A stretch of 51,065 bases of DNA from Chiloscyllium plagiosum. Its lineage: Eukaryota. A model generated the notes under the pieces. That model had not been told where the DNA came from. It did not search any database and saw only the letters and a program-made list of their open reading frames with translations. Numbering within the stretch: position 1 is the first letter of the stretch; each line of letters opens with the position of its first letter. The position numbers and the translations under genes were made by a program. This document shows, one piece after another, positions 12,091 to 24,175 of this stretch. Where the stretch lies: positions 12,952,770 to 13,003,834 of the forward strand of contig NC_057754.1 in assembly GCF_004010195.1 (NCBI RefSeq). Reading direction: 5' to 3'.

Positions 12091-12432
12091 TGATTAGATT
12101 ACATCACAGTGTAGAAACAGGCCCTTCGGCCCAACAAGTCCACACCGACCCGCCGAAGCGCAACCGACCCATACCCCTACATTTACTCCTTACCTAACAC
12201 TACGGACAATTTAGCATGGCCAATTCACCTGACCTGCACATCTTTGGACTGTGGGAGGAAACCGGAGCACCCGGAGAAAACCCACGCAGACACGGGGAGA
12301 ACGTGCAAACTCCACACAGTGGGTCGCCTGAGGCGGGAATTGAACCCGGGTCTCAGGCGCTGTGAGGCAGCAGTGCTAACCACTGTGCCACCGTGCCACT
12401 GTGCCACCGTGCCGCCCAAACCGTGCCACCGT
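12091..12432 (-). mobile_element. HE1-type V-SINE
   Basis: tRNA head GGCACAGTGGTTAGCACTGCTGCCTCACAGCGCC...GGGTTCAATTCCC, V-domain GTGTGGAGTTTGCACGTTCTCCCCGTGTCTGCGTGGGTTTT and a CR1-like tail. Confidence 0.95.
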
Positions 12433-12967
12433 GATCTCCCCAGGGTGCTATAAAAATGCAGTAAAACCTCACAGCTCTTAAAATCAATCCACTTGCTCCA
12501 GAAAGCCAACACAACATATGCCTTTTTAACAACCCAACAATGTGCATGGCAACTTTGAAGGGTCTATGGACATGGACCCCATGATCTCTCTGTTCCTCCA
12601 CACTACCTTTCACCCTGTATTCTGCATTCAACTTCGGCCTTCCAGAATGAATAACTGCAGGAGTTCTGGAGACGGAGTTTTGGAGGGATGGAGCAGTTTA
12701 CAGTGATTAGGATGTTGGTAGGAAAGGACTGGTTTATACAGACAGGGACTATTTAGGGAATTGATCAGATTACTGAGATAATGTACGTTGTATAGACTGG
12801 AAGGAAAAACACACATGTGGAGGATAGTCGGGACTGAACAGGTTTAGATATATCGAAAGGCTTAGGTTCTGGGGTTATTTAGACATGGAGGGTGTGGAAT
12901 CGGACAAATTTTCCTGGAGATAAGTACAGAAATTTTGATTGGAGACAGTTTCACAGATAAAGGAGCA

Positions 12968-13272
12968 CTAGTAACATCCTCCAGTTTGGCCTAAGTGGGA
13001 AAGGGTAGTGGAGAGGTTTACGTTAACACAGATAAGGTTGTACGAGCTGGAGAAGTTTATGCAGATGAGTAGATGGATGGAAATACTGGAGGAGCTTACA
13101 TTGACAGGGTGGGTGATAGTGATGAGAGTATGTTACACAGACCGTAGTTCCTTTAGGAACTGGATTGGAACAGTCACAGGGACTAGAGTGGGTTCAACAG
13201 ATCGGAGTGTGGCAGAGAACTGAAGAACTGAGAAGATTATACGGTCTCCACAGATTGATTGTGTCTTTAGGG
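12968..13272 (-). pseudogene. Candidate exons Z (13272-13100) and W (12990-12968) of an unidentified Cys/Pro-rich gene, copy B
   Basis: Acceptor ctcttccag|, 173-nt exon, donor |gtaagc, 109-nt intron ending ctaccctttcccacttag|. The spliced frame reads PKDTINLWRPYNLLSSSVLCHTPIC*THSSPCDCSNPVPKGTTVCVTYSHHYHPPCQCQTGGCY*, with one internal TGA at 13196-13194. Confidence 0.5.
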
Positions 13273-13299
13273 CTGGAAGAGTTTCGGTAGATACGGAAA

Positions 13300-14780
13300 C
13301 CTTAAACCCAATGTATACCATTTTCATTTGCCAGCCCAGAGCCTCAATATCCCTCATCAGCCAGGGATCCCTAATGCTGCCACTTTTCCCTTCACCCTAA
13401 CAGGTATATACTACCCTGGATTTTCAGTATCACACTTTTAAAAGCCTCCCATTTCACAATTGTTTCTTTTCCTTCAAACAGACTCACCCACTCAACCTCT
13501 GCTAAATCCTGCTTCATGACCCCAAAACTGTCTGTGTTCCAGCATAGCTCACTAACCTGTGGACCTCTCCTGTCATTTTCTGTAGTTATATTAAAATGAA
13601 GACCATTGTGGTCACTGGACCCACGTGCTCTCCGACTGACATTTCAGTCACTTGCCTGACCTCGTTTTCTCAGGGGAGTCCAATGTTGCGCCCACCTGAT
13701 TAGAGTAGGACCATCTACATACTGATCAAGGAGACTTTCTTGGACACATTTGACAAATTGTAACCTATACGAGCCTTTTATTCTCTGAGTGGCCCAGTCA
13801 ATGCAGGGGAAATTAAAATCTCCAATCAATATTACTCTCTTATTCCAACACCTATCTACAATCTCTCTACACATCAGCTATTCTCATAACCGCTGGCTAA
13901 TTGCGAGTCTGTAATACAGTCCCAACAAAGTGACCACCTCCTTCTTCTTTCTAACTTCAAACCATATGACCTCATTTGATGACACTTTAGGAGTTTCCTC
14001 TCAAACACTGTTGTTATGTCCTCCCTTATCAAAAGGGACGAATCCCTCTCCTCACTTACTTGTCCTTCTGTCACGCCTGTAGTTCCTTTATCCTGGAACA
14101 CTGAGCTGCCAGTCCTGCCCTTCTCTCAGCCATCTTTCTGTTATGGCTATAATATCCCAGTCCGCAGAGCTAATCCATGCTCTGAGCTCGTCTGCCTTAC
14201 CAGTCAGGCCTCGTGTGCTGAAATAAATATCCTTTAAACCAGAAGTCTTTTCCCTCCCTTGACTATGCTCCTGGATATACTGAATAGGAAACTTGCTCTC
14301 GGTGGCTGATGTATTTTCCTCTGACTGGCCGATGGTCCCTCTCTTTTTCAGAATCCCAATCCACTGGCAAATTAGATTAATCCCTCCAAGGTAACAATAG
14401 CAAATCTCCCACCCTAGGTTGCTAGTACCCCTCTGGTTCAAGTCCAACCCATCGCCCCTTGTCCAAGTCACGTCTACCCCAGAAGAGATCCTAATGATCC
14501 AAGATGTAAAAACCCTTCCCTCTCCACCAGCTCCTCAGGCACACATCCATCTGGCTTATCTTTCTATTTCCATATTCACTGGGGAGCGGCACTGGGAGTA
14601 ATCTGGAGCTCACTACCCTTGTAGTCTTGCTTTTTAACTTCTTACCTAACTCCCGATACTCACTTGACAGAAGCCTCCAACTGTATCTATGCCATGTATA
14701 CTGATGTGCACAATTACCACTGGTTGTTCGCCCTCCCCCTGGAGAAAGGGGTAAAACCTGACCTTCCCTTGTGGAAAAAG
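13300..14780 (-). mobile_element. CR1 ORF1 C-terminus plus ORF2 endonuclease (decayed)
   Basis: ORFs 14491..14826 (YRELGKKLKSKTTRVV.S.LLPVP), 14088..14471 (DGL.LNQRG; RGLTGKADELRAWI) and 13644..13874 (ILIGDFNFPCIDW). Confidence 0.9.
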
Positions 14781-17340
14781 ATAGGGAAAGCGAGTGAGGT
14801 GTTAGTTGGGGGAGCACTTTGACCAAGGAACCACAATTGTATTAGTTTGAAAATAGTTATGGAAAATGACAGACTTGGTCCACAAGTGAAACATCAAAAT
14901 TGGTCTGCCCTAATCCAGAAGGTATTGGTCAAGAGCTTTTAACAGTTGATTGTGGAGACTATTTGCAGGTAAATGGACCTCAGGCAGGTGGGAAGCTTTC
15001 AAGGGAGAGATAAAATGAGAGTTCAGGGCGAGGATATTTCTGTTCGTGTGAAGGACAATGCTGATTATAAGTAGAAAATTCTGGATGAGTGGGGATATTG
15101 AGGTTCTGGTCAAGAAAAAGGCGGTCCTTGCCATATATCGCCAGCTGGTTTCCTCGAAGAACATTTTGGGTACAGTAATACACTGAATATGGAAAGCAGT
15201 AGGGCCAGCAAGAGACGTGAGAAAACTTTGGCTGATAATGCTGAGGAAAATCCAAAGGGATTCTACATGAATACTAACGACAGAAGATTAACCGGGGACA
15301 GAATATGTCCCCTAAAAGATCAATGGGACAATCCATGTGTGAAACCATAGGAGATGGGTGAGATGCTAAACGAAAATTTCGCATCAGTACTTAAAGACTG
15401 GGGAAGTCAGGGAAATAAAGTCTTCAAAAGACTCCGCATAACAGAACAGGAGGTGCTGAAGATTTTAAAATGTATAAAACGAGACAAAACCCTGGAGCTA
15501 ATCATGTATATCCGACGACATTGGGGTCAACTCAGAAAGCAGTGCCCATTTAAGAGGTATTTATATCAGTGACAGCCACAGGTGATGAGCTGGAAGCAGG
15601 AAGGATGTTTAACATTGTGCCAGTATTTAAAACTGATGCGAGGGAAAGCCAGGGACCGAAAGACCAATTGGCTTGATGTTAGTGGTGCGTATTGTGTTCG
15701 AGGGGGCTCTGAGGGACAGGAGTTACATGCATTTCGAAAGGCAAGTGTGATTAGGGACAGTTGACGCAAAGTACACAAGTAGTGTCTCACAACATGACTG
15801 AGTTCATTGAAGAGGTGACTAAGAAGATAGATGAAGACAGAACAGGAGATTGTGTCTATACTGACCACAGCAAGGCCTTGGAAATGGTTTAGCGTGGAAC
15901 ACTGGTTAGTAAGGTTAGATCACATTGGGAGCAGGGAGAGCTACCCAACTGGATACAAAATTGGTTTGACAGAAGGAGACAGAGTGGTGGGAGAGCGTTA
16001 TTGTGCAGACTGGAGGCCTATGACCAGCGGTGTGCCATAAGGAACAGTACTAGGTCCACTGTTATGCATCATTTACAGAAAATATTTCAGTAAGAGCATA
16101 GGAGTCATTGTTCGTAAGTTTGCTGATAAAAGTCCGGATCGAACACGGGTTATAGTGGGCAGGGAATACAGTTATCGAAGGGGATCTTGAACAACTGAGA
16201 GTGGGCCAAGGGATGAAAGAAGGGATGAATTCAGGTGATGGATTCTGTTAAGACAAACCAGGGAGGACTAACACATTTAATGGTCGGGCCCTGGGCAGTG
16301 CTGTCGAACAGAGAGAGGGACCAAGGGGTGCGGTCACATTGTTCCCTTGAAATGGCATCACAAGTGAACAGGAAGGTGAAAGCAGCATTTGGCACGCTTG
16401 CCCTCATGGGTCAGAGAATTGAATACATGAGTTGGCACATCATGATATGGCTGTATAAGACATTGCTGAGTCCCCAGCTGGAGTACTGCATAGAATTCTG
16501 ATCCTCCTGCTTTAGGAAGCATTTTCTGAAACTGTACACAGAACAAAGATCGACGAAGACGTTACTGACACTGGACGGTTTGACTTACAAGGAGAGGATG
16601 GATTATCTGGAATGCAAAACAGGGAGGTGAGATAGCTTTGGCAGATAAGGTTAAGGAGCATGCAAAGAGCTCCTACAGCACCCAAGTACAAAAAAGCAAC
16701 TATAGAGACAATTGGGCCCTTCAAAGATCAATGGGGCCATCCATGCGTGGAGCCACAGGACATGGGTAAGACCCTAAATGAATATTTTATGTCAGAAATT
16801 ACTGCAGATAAGTCAGTGAAAGAAACAGTGATGGCTTGAAAAAGAGTTCCATTACAGAAGAGGTGGTACAGGAGATCTTTGAAAACAAAGGTAGAGAAAG
16901 CCCTAGCTCCTGAACAAGAGAACATTGTGGCAGGGACCCGAGCAGAGATATTTCTATCATTGTCCTCCATTAGGCATAGGTGGCTGAGGGGTGACTAAAA
17001 GTATATAAGTGGTATACCTGAGGTGAAGAGTGAAGGTCTCTAACCCAGGGTAGGGGAGTCCATAAGCAGAGGGCAAAAACGTTGGGGTAGGAGAGGAAAG
17101 ACTTAAAAGGGATCGGAGGAGAACCTTTTCCACACAGAGAATGGTGCACGTATTGAATGAGCTGCCAGTGGAAGTGATGGGGTGAAGCACAATAACAACG
17201 TGTAAAAGATATTTGGGCAGAAACATGGGGAGAAGGTTTGCAGGGATATGGGTCAAACACAGGCAAATGTGACTCATTCAGGAACCGTGGGGAGCATGGA
17301 CTAGTTGGACAGAAGGTTCTGTTTGTGTGCTGCATGACTC
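14781..17340 (+). mobile_element. Mosaic of decayed CR1 ORF2 fragments
   Basis: EMGEMLNENFASV (15354), LYKTLL.PQLEYC (about 16450) and a 3' tail at about 17300-17345. Confidence 0.8.
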
Positions 17341-17800
17341 TGTCATTCAAGGGGGAGAATACTGAGATAAGGCACGTTGTAGACACTGAAGCAAGTTACA
17401 GCGATTCGGAAGGTAGACTGGAATGCAGTACGTTCCAAATGAGTGGAGGGACTATAGGGAAGGGAGCAGGTTACAGGGACTGAAACTAATGTAGGAGTTA
17501 CACATTATTGAAGACACTGGTCAATGAGACATGACGTAGATACAGTGTTGGAGAAGGAACGCAGAACAGAAAGATCCCAGGCAACATTCCCACCCTCTCT
17601 TGGCAGGCCTGCTTTCCCCTCTGTTGTCCTGATGCTCACTAAGACATCACAGGCCTGGATTGATAATTGTGAACTCCCAATGTTGTCTTAGTACATCATT
17701 TTGTGTTTATTGAACTCCCCCTCCAGCAATCTCATGTCTTGTGGCCGATGTTTGTAGCCCTCTCATTGCTCCCTGCTCTGAGCACTGTGAGTGATCTTAC

Positions 17801-18108
17801 CTCACTGCAGGAATTATTAAAGGCTCCAGATCTCCCTGCTCTTTGTCTCTCTGGCTGACCAAACAGCTTCGATGTGGTGCTGGACGAGACACCCAGCAGT
17901 TGATGAGTTTATTGAGTCAGGACCTTCCCGAATACCTACAGGAGAGAGAAATAGACAGAATGGGAAATTAGACTGATCCAGTGAGGGTTACACATGGAGA
18001 ATGGTACTGCGTCCCACAGAGATCTGGAAAATCCCAGTCTCCATCCCTGGCCTGTTCTATTTCGTCTTTCCAAATTGGAGGATTCTGCTGGCTCTGGATC
18101 AGGAGTAA
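17801..18108 (-). pseudogene. Candidate exons X (18108-18052, 57 nt) and Y (17935-17801, 135 nt), copy 2
   Basis: Acceptors ctctcactcttgcag| and tttctctctcctgtag|; Y donor GAG|gtaaga. X reads xTPDPEPAESSNLERRNRT. Y reads GIREGPDSINSSTAGCLVQHHIEAVWSARETKSREIWSL*. Confidence 0.55.
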
Positions 18109-21100
18109 CTGCAAGAGTGAGAGGCGCTGACAGAGACAGTAATTAGACCCACACGGTGAGGGGTATCACACGGAGAGATACTGAGTGATATCACCAGCGT
18201 GCTGGAAGATTTCAGGATCAAGCAGTAGGAAGAATGGGTTTAGCTTCAAGATGCATGGGTATCAGCGTCCAGGGATAAGCAGGTTAAGTGATGGCCTAGT
18301 GGTATTATTGCTATAACATGTATCCCAAACCTCAACTCATGTGCAGGGGAGACAGGTTTGAATCCCACCATCAGAAATGGTGGAGTTTGAGATCAACAAT
18401 TTTAAATATTGTAATTGACAATCCATAAATAAATATGAGACCATTGTTGATGTACAAGAAAACTCCAAAAACTTGTCCGATCGAAAAGGACATCTGCCGA
18501 TCCTCGTGTGGTCTGCATGACATCCCACAACAAAGTGTTTGCCTCTCAATTACCCTCTGAAATGGCCGAGCAAGCTACTCAGTTCAAGGGCAGCTAGGGC
18601 TGGGCAAGAAAGGTTGGTCGGCGAGAGACATCCACATTCCATACCTGATTTAAAGAAGTAATCCATTCGGATGGTCCCACTGGAACTGTGCTGGGACCAA
18701 GGTCCTGGCCAATAATGTCAGTAGGTTTATGGACAGGACTTTAAACTGACACAGAGGATGCAGGGACTGGGTTCAGGTAAAATGAGATTTCCAATCCAAA
18801 GAGAAAAGGTGACGCATCAGAACAGCATGGGAATGTGGCTGAAGGCAAGCAGAAAGGAACAGGAAAGGACAGAGTTTGCACTTCAGTGAAGACGTTTGTG
18901 ACAGGAAATTGTGGAAAAGTGTAAACTACGGGTTTTTTGGGAATGGACAAAGTCTCATCAATAAGGTAGATGGATTTATGACACAGAGATAAAAGAGATT
19001 TAGACACCAGAGAGACGTGGTTAAAGGGTGAACAAAAGATGGAACATAAATATTCAATGATCCACACCCATTTGTCAACTCTGGCGAAATGGGTAACGCT
19101 AGCAATAATGGATAACAAAGGCATTACAGAGAAAGCATTTGGCCTCAGATCATGAAGTAGAGTCTGCCTGAATGTAATTTCTGGCTACTACTTGCCAAGG
19201 ACACAAGCAGCAGAACAGTTTTAATCCAGCAAACAACATTTCATTGCTCATCACTGTATTAAACTGGAATCCATTGGAAATTTAAATAAAGGCATTGTGA
19301 TAATTCAGTGAAACTTCAATATTCGTATAACCGGGACAATCACACAGAGAACAGTGATATTGAAAGAGGAGTTCGGAGAATTCTTTTCAGTGTTTCTTTG
19401 AATAACACATTGTGCAACTGGCTCGGGACGTCACTACCTCAGAGCGACCGTTGTGTGATGAAACTCAGTGAATGAGTAATGTCACCTGGAGAGATACACT
19501 GTGAAATTGTGATAAAGTGTAGTTTAAAGGAATATAAAGTTTTAAAGTGAATCACAGAAAGGACAAGTTTTAACTAGAAACAACAATAGCCAATTACATG
19601 AGTTTGACAGGAGAAGTGACCAAGGTAAACAGGCTAAACAGACTGAAACATGTATCTGTAAATGATCAGTGGAAAACATTTGAAGGATCAGTGTTAAACA
19701 CTCAACAAAATGACATTCCATTGAAACAGACAATCGATCATATTAGAGGATGAGGCTGAGAAGATCACCGAAAAGTACTTAAAATCCTGAAGTGAGAGAG
19801 TGTTTTAGGAGTAAGTGTTAAAGGGATTGTAAAGGGTCTGCTCGCAGGAGGAGGGCACTGGGAAGGGGAATCATTGTCAGATTTTAATGACACGACAGGA
19901 ACAGGGAGAGGTGAAGGTGCTGGAGGTGGTGAGAGTGTTACAGAGTGGTCAGGGCCTGAACGGTGTTACAAAGCCAGTACAGATTGCTGCAGCTGGAGGG
20001 TTTTGCAGAGGTAGGGAGGAACATATGTATTTTTATGTATTCATTCATAGGATGGACGAGATGAGATCTTCCTACCGATCAACTATGCTTTTCTGCTGGC
20101 CCCACCAATATCTTGTACAGCCACAACATGATATCCCTGCTCCTACTCTCAATGTTCTGACCAATGAAGGTAACCATCCCAACTGCCTGCTTTACCAGCC
20201 TATCTACCAGCCTATCGACACTACTTTCAAAGAATTGTGTACCTGCTTCCCTGGGTCTCTGATTGACAACACTACCCAGGGCCCGAACATTAACTGTCCC
20301 AATCTGGTTTGTTTCACCAAAATGACCCTCTGAAATGGCCGAGCAAGCTACTCAGTTCAAGGGCAGCTAGGGCTGGGCAAGAAAGGCTGGTCAGTCAGAG
20401 AAATCCACATCCCATACCTGATTTAAAAATGTAATCCATTCGGATGGTCCCACTGGAACTGTGCTGGGACCAAGGTCCTGGCCAATCATGTCCTGGCCTC
20501 ACATTTATCTAATTAAACTCAATCTGCTATTCGTCAGCCCATTATCCCAGCAGTACTCTTCATCCTGTAGCATCACAGATAACTTTCTTCACTGTCCAAT
20601 TTATCACGAATTTCAGTGTCACTCAAAAACATTACTTACCAGGAAACCAATACTCCCATCCAAACCATTTATCCAAATGACAAACACCAGTAGACCCACT
20701 ACACTGCTGGTCACATGCCTCCAGTCATAAAAACAATCTGTCTTCCATCACCCGCTGCCTCCTACCATCAAGCCAACTTTGTATCCAGTTCACTGGCTCC
20801 TCCTGAATGCCATACATTGATCTGAGCTTATTGCCCAGTTTACCATACGGAACGTAGAAGACAGAACAGTACAGCACAAGATGCTATGCCAATCTATTAT
20901 CTGACTGTAAGATCAAACTAACCTACATACTCTTCATTTTAGTATCATCCACGTGCATTCACAAGAGTCTATTAAATGTCCCGAATGTATCTAATTTTGC
21001 TATCATCGCTGGCAGTGCATTCTATCCACACACCATTCTCTGTGTAAAGAACCAAACTCTGATATTGCCCCTTATCCATCCTCCAATCACCTTAAAATCA

Positions 21101-22649
21101 TGCCCCCTTGTAATAGTCATTTCTGCCATGGGAAAAAGGTCTCTGACTATTCACTCTGTCAGTGATTCTCATCATCTTGTTCACCTCTACAAAGTCACCC
21201 CTCACCCTTCTTCTCTCCATTGAGAAAAGCCTTAGCTTGGTCAACCTTTCTTCATACGACATGCTCTCCAGTACAGGCAGCATCCTGTTAAATTTCCTCT
21301 TTACCCTCTCTAAAGCTTCCACATCCTTCATGTAATGAAGGGACCAGAACTGAACGCAATATTCCAAGTGCTCTATGGAGCTGCAGTATAACCTCACGGC
21401 TTTAAAACCCAATCCCCCAGCTAATGAAATCCAACAAAATGTATTCCTTTTTAACAACCCTTTCAACTTGCTTTGCAACTTTGAGAGATCGATAACGTGG
21501 AAGCCAAGATTCCTCTGTTGCTCCAGACTAACAAGTGTTCTGCCTTTAATCCTGTATTCTGCATTCAAATTCGACATTGCGAAATATATTACTTCACATT
21601 TTTCCAGACTGAGCTCCATCTGCCATTTCTCAGCCCAGCTCCTCATCCTGTCAATGTCCCATTGCAACCTACAACAGCCCTCCACATTACCCATCAGTCC
21701 ACCACCCTTTGTGTCATTGGCAAACTTACTAACCCACTCTTCCACTCCCACATCCAAGTCATTTAAAAAAAATCACAAAGAGCAGAGGTCCTCTAACCTC
21801 TCCCTGCAGAACACCACTGATCACTGAGTGCCAGGATTAATGCTTTCCATATATCATCACCCTCTGTCTTCTATGGGCCAGGAATCGTGTATCCAGACAG
21901 ACAGGTTTCCCTGGATCCCATGCCTCTGTACTTTCTGAATGAGCCATAACTGTGTTTTGTCACATTGTCAAAGGATTCAATAAGATTTGTGAGGCATGAC
22001 CTGCCACATACAATGGCATGCTGACTATCTTGAATTAAACAATGGTTTTCCAAGGAATCACAAATCCTGTCTCTCATAAATCCTCTCCAATAATCTGCAC
22101 ATCACAGACATAAGACTGACAGATCTGTAATTCCAAGGATTATTCCTAGTCTCTTTCTTGACCAAGGAATATCAACATTTGCCACCCTCCAACTATCTGG
22201 TATGACTCCAGTGGACTGTGAGGGTGCAAAGGTCATCGCCAAAATCTCAGCAATCCCTTCCCTCACTTCATGTAGTAACTTTGGGCACATCCCGTCTGGT
22301 TCAACAGACTTATATGTCCTTATGTTTTACACAATACTCAGCACATCCTCTTTCTTAACATCAATCTGTTCACATATATAAGTCCTTTTCACGCTGTCCT
22401 CACAAATGACAAGGTCCCTCTCAGTAGTGAATACTATGGCACAATATGCATTAAGGACCTCCCCTACCTCCTCCGACTCCAGGCAAAAGTTCCCTCCACT
22501 ATCCGTGATCGGCCCTACCCTCACTCGCCATCCTAGTGTTCCTCACATACATGGAGAATGTCTTATGGCTTTCCTTCATCCTTCCCAATAATACTTTTCC
22601 TTGCCCCCTTCGGGCAGTCCTACGTCCATTCTTCCTGGCTATCTTCAGA

Positions 22650-22985
22650 GAACGCCTGAAGTGTGGAAACAGGCCATTTTGCCCAACAACTCCATTCCAA
22701 CCCTCCAAAGAGTATCCCACCCAGAACCATCCCCCCATCCTATCACTGTACACTTGCCCTAACTAATCCGCCAAACCTACACATCCCTGAACACTATGAG
22801 TAATTTAGCATAACTGAGTCACCTAACTTGCACACGTTTGGACTGTGGGGGAAAAATGGAGGAAACCCACACAGACATGGGGAAAATGTGCAAACACCAG
22901 GCAAATAGTCGCCCGGGGCTGGAATCGAAATTGTGTCCCTGGTGCTGATATAGCAGTGGGAAGTACTGAGTCACCTTGCCACCCC
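22650..22985 (-). mobile_element. Older HE1-type V-SINE
   Basis: 'tttggactgtggg...ggaaacccacacagacatggggaaaatgtgcaaac...ggaatcgaa'; paralogous to 45885-46220. Confidence 0.85.
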
Positions 22986-23201
22986 ATATAACTCTAGAGG
23001 TTTGTCGTATCTTTGCCTCCTCAACCTTATATAAGCTTCCTTCTTTCTCTTGACTAGATGTTCTACGTCCCTTAGAACCTTGTCAAATGTTTCGCTAAAG
23101 TCCATGTGGACAATGTTCACTGTTCTGCCTTCACCTGTCTCTTAGTTACCTCCTGGAAGAGTCAATACAGTTTGTGAAACACGGTTTTCCACTCACAAAG
23201 C

Positions 23202-23411
23202 TGAAAATGTGTTGCTGGAAAAGTGCAGCAGGTCAGGCTGCATCCAAGGCGCAGGAGAATCGACGTTTCGGGCATGAGCCCTTCTCCTGAAGAAGGGCAC
23301 ATGCCCGAAACGTTGATTCTCCTGCTCCTTGGATGCTGCCTGACCTGCTGCGCTTTTCCAGCAACACATTTTGAGCTCTGAACTCCAGCATCTGCAATCC
23401 TCACTTTCTCC
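23202..23411. mobile_element. 210-bp palindromic Penelope-derived element with a 16-bp TSD
   Basis: Arms at about 23200-23285 and 23291-23376 are near-perfect reverse complements. The TSD tttccactcacaaagc lies at 23186-23201 and 23412-23427. The sequence matches the PLE end at 35139-35268. Confidence 0.92.
23283..23320 (+). ncRNA. Minimal type-I hammerhead ribozyme motif (PLE-associated)
   Basis: CUGAAGA-A-GGGC-ACAU-GCCC-GAAA-CGUU-GAUU: conserved core, 4-bp stem II and a palindromic AACGUU in place of stem III. Confidence 0.65.
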
Positions 23412-23899
23412 TTTCCACTCACAAAGCCATGCTATCTCTAATCAGCCCTTGCCTTTCCAAGTATACGTAGCTCCTTTCTCTCACAATCTCCTCCAACAAC
23501 TGGGCTGTAATTTCCTGCATTTTCCCTGCAGCCCTGAAGTGATGGAACAACGTTATCCTCCCTCCAGTCTTCCAGTACAGCACTGAGTCTGTTGATAATT
23601 CAAATATCTCTGTTAGGGACACTGCAATCTCTTCCCTAGCTTCCCACAATTTTCTAAGATAGACCTACTGATCTACTGAAGATTGATCTACCTTTATTTG
23701 TTTCAGATTCCAGCGCTTTCTCTGTTGAGGATTCTTTCCAAGACATCACTATTTATTTCCCAAGTTCCCGAGTGTCAATGTCTTTCTCCACAGTAAATAC
23801 TGATAAAATTACTTTTTTGTTTAAGCTCTCACCCATCTCCTCTGGTTCCACACATCGGGATATGATAATGGGTACAGGGAAACAGCACGCAAAAAGAAA

Positions 23900-24175
23900 G
23901 GGGCGGCACTGTGGCTGAGTGGTTCGAACTGCAGTCTGACAGCGCCAAGGGTCCGGGTTCGATTCCCACTTTAGGCAACTGACTGTGTGGACTGTTACAC
24001 CTTCACCCACGTCTGTGTGGGTTTCCTTCCAACGACGTTCAGGTCAATTGAGTCGGTCATGCTAAATTGCCCACAGTGTTAGGTGGATTAGCAAATGGGT
24101 GGGTTGCTCTTCGGAAGGTTGGTGTGGGCTTGTTGGGCCGAAGAGCTTGTATCTACAGTGTACAGAATCTAATTT
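23900..24175 (+). mobile_element. HE1-type V-SINE
   Basis: ggggcggcactgtggctgagtggtt...gggttcgattccc head, gtctgtgtgggtttcc V-domain and ttgttgggccgaa tail. Confidence 0.9.

Larger units (their letters stand above)
20090..23855 (-). mobile_element. Mosaic of CR1 ORF2 fragments
   Basis: ORF 21098..21757 contains SKFANDTK.GG...LQ.DIDRM.SWAEKWQME...KCEV. ORFs 21871..22524 encode N-terminal RT pieces. Confidence 0.9.

Noticed and set aside
12330..12415. tRNA-like sequence with A and B boxes (also at 8312, 23900 and 46160)
   Set aside because: These are SINE heads continuous with SINE cores and tails, with no complete cloverleaf.
13194..13196. In-frame TGA in the Cys-rich exon as selenocysteine
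   Set aside because: It falls in a stretch shifted out of frame by an 8-nt duplication and a 1-nt insertion relative to copy A, which has no TGA there. No SECIS was recognised.
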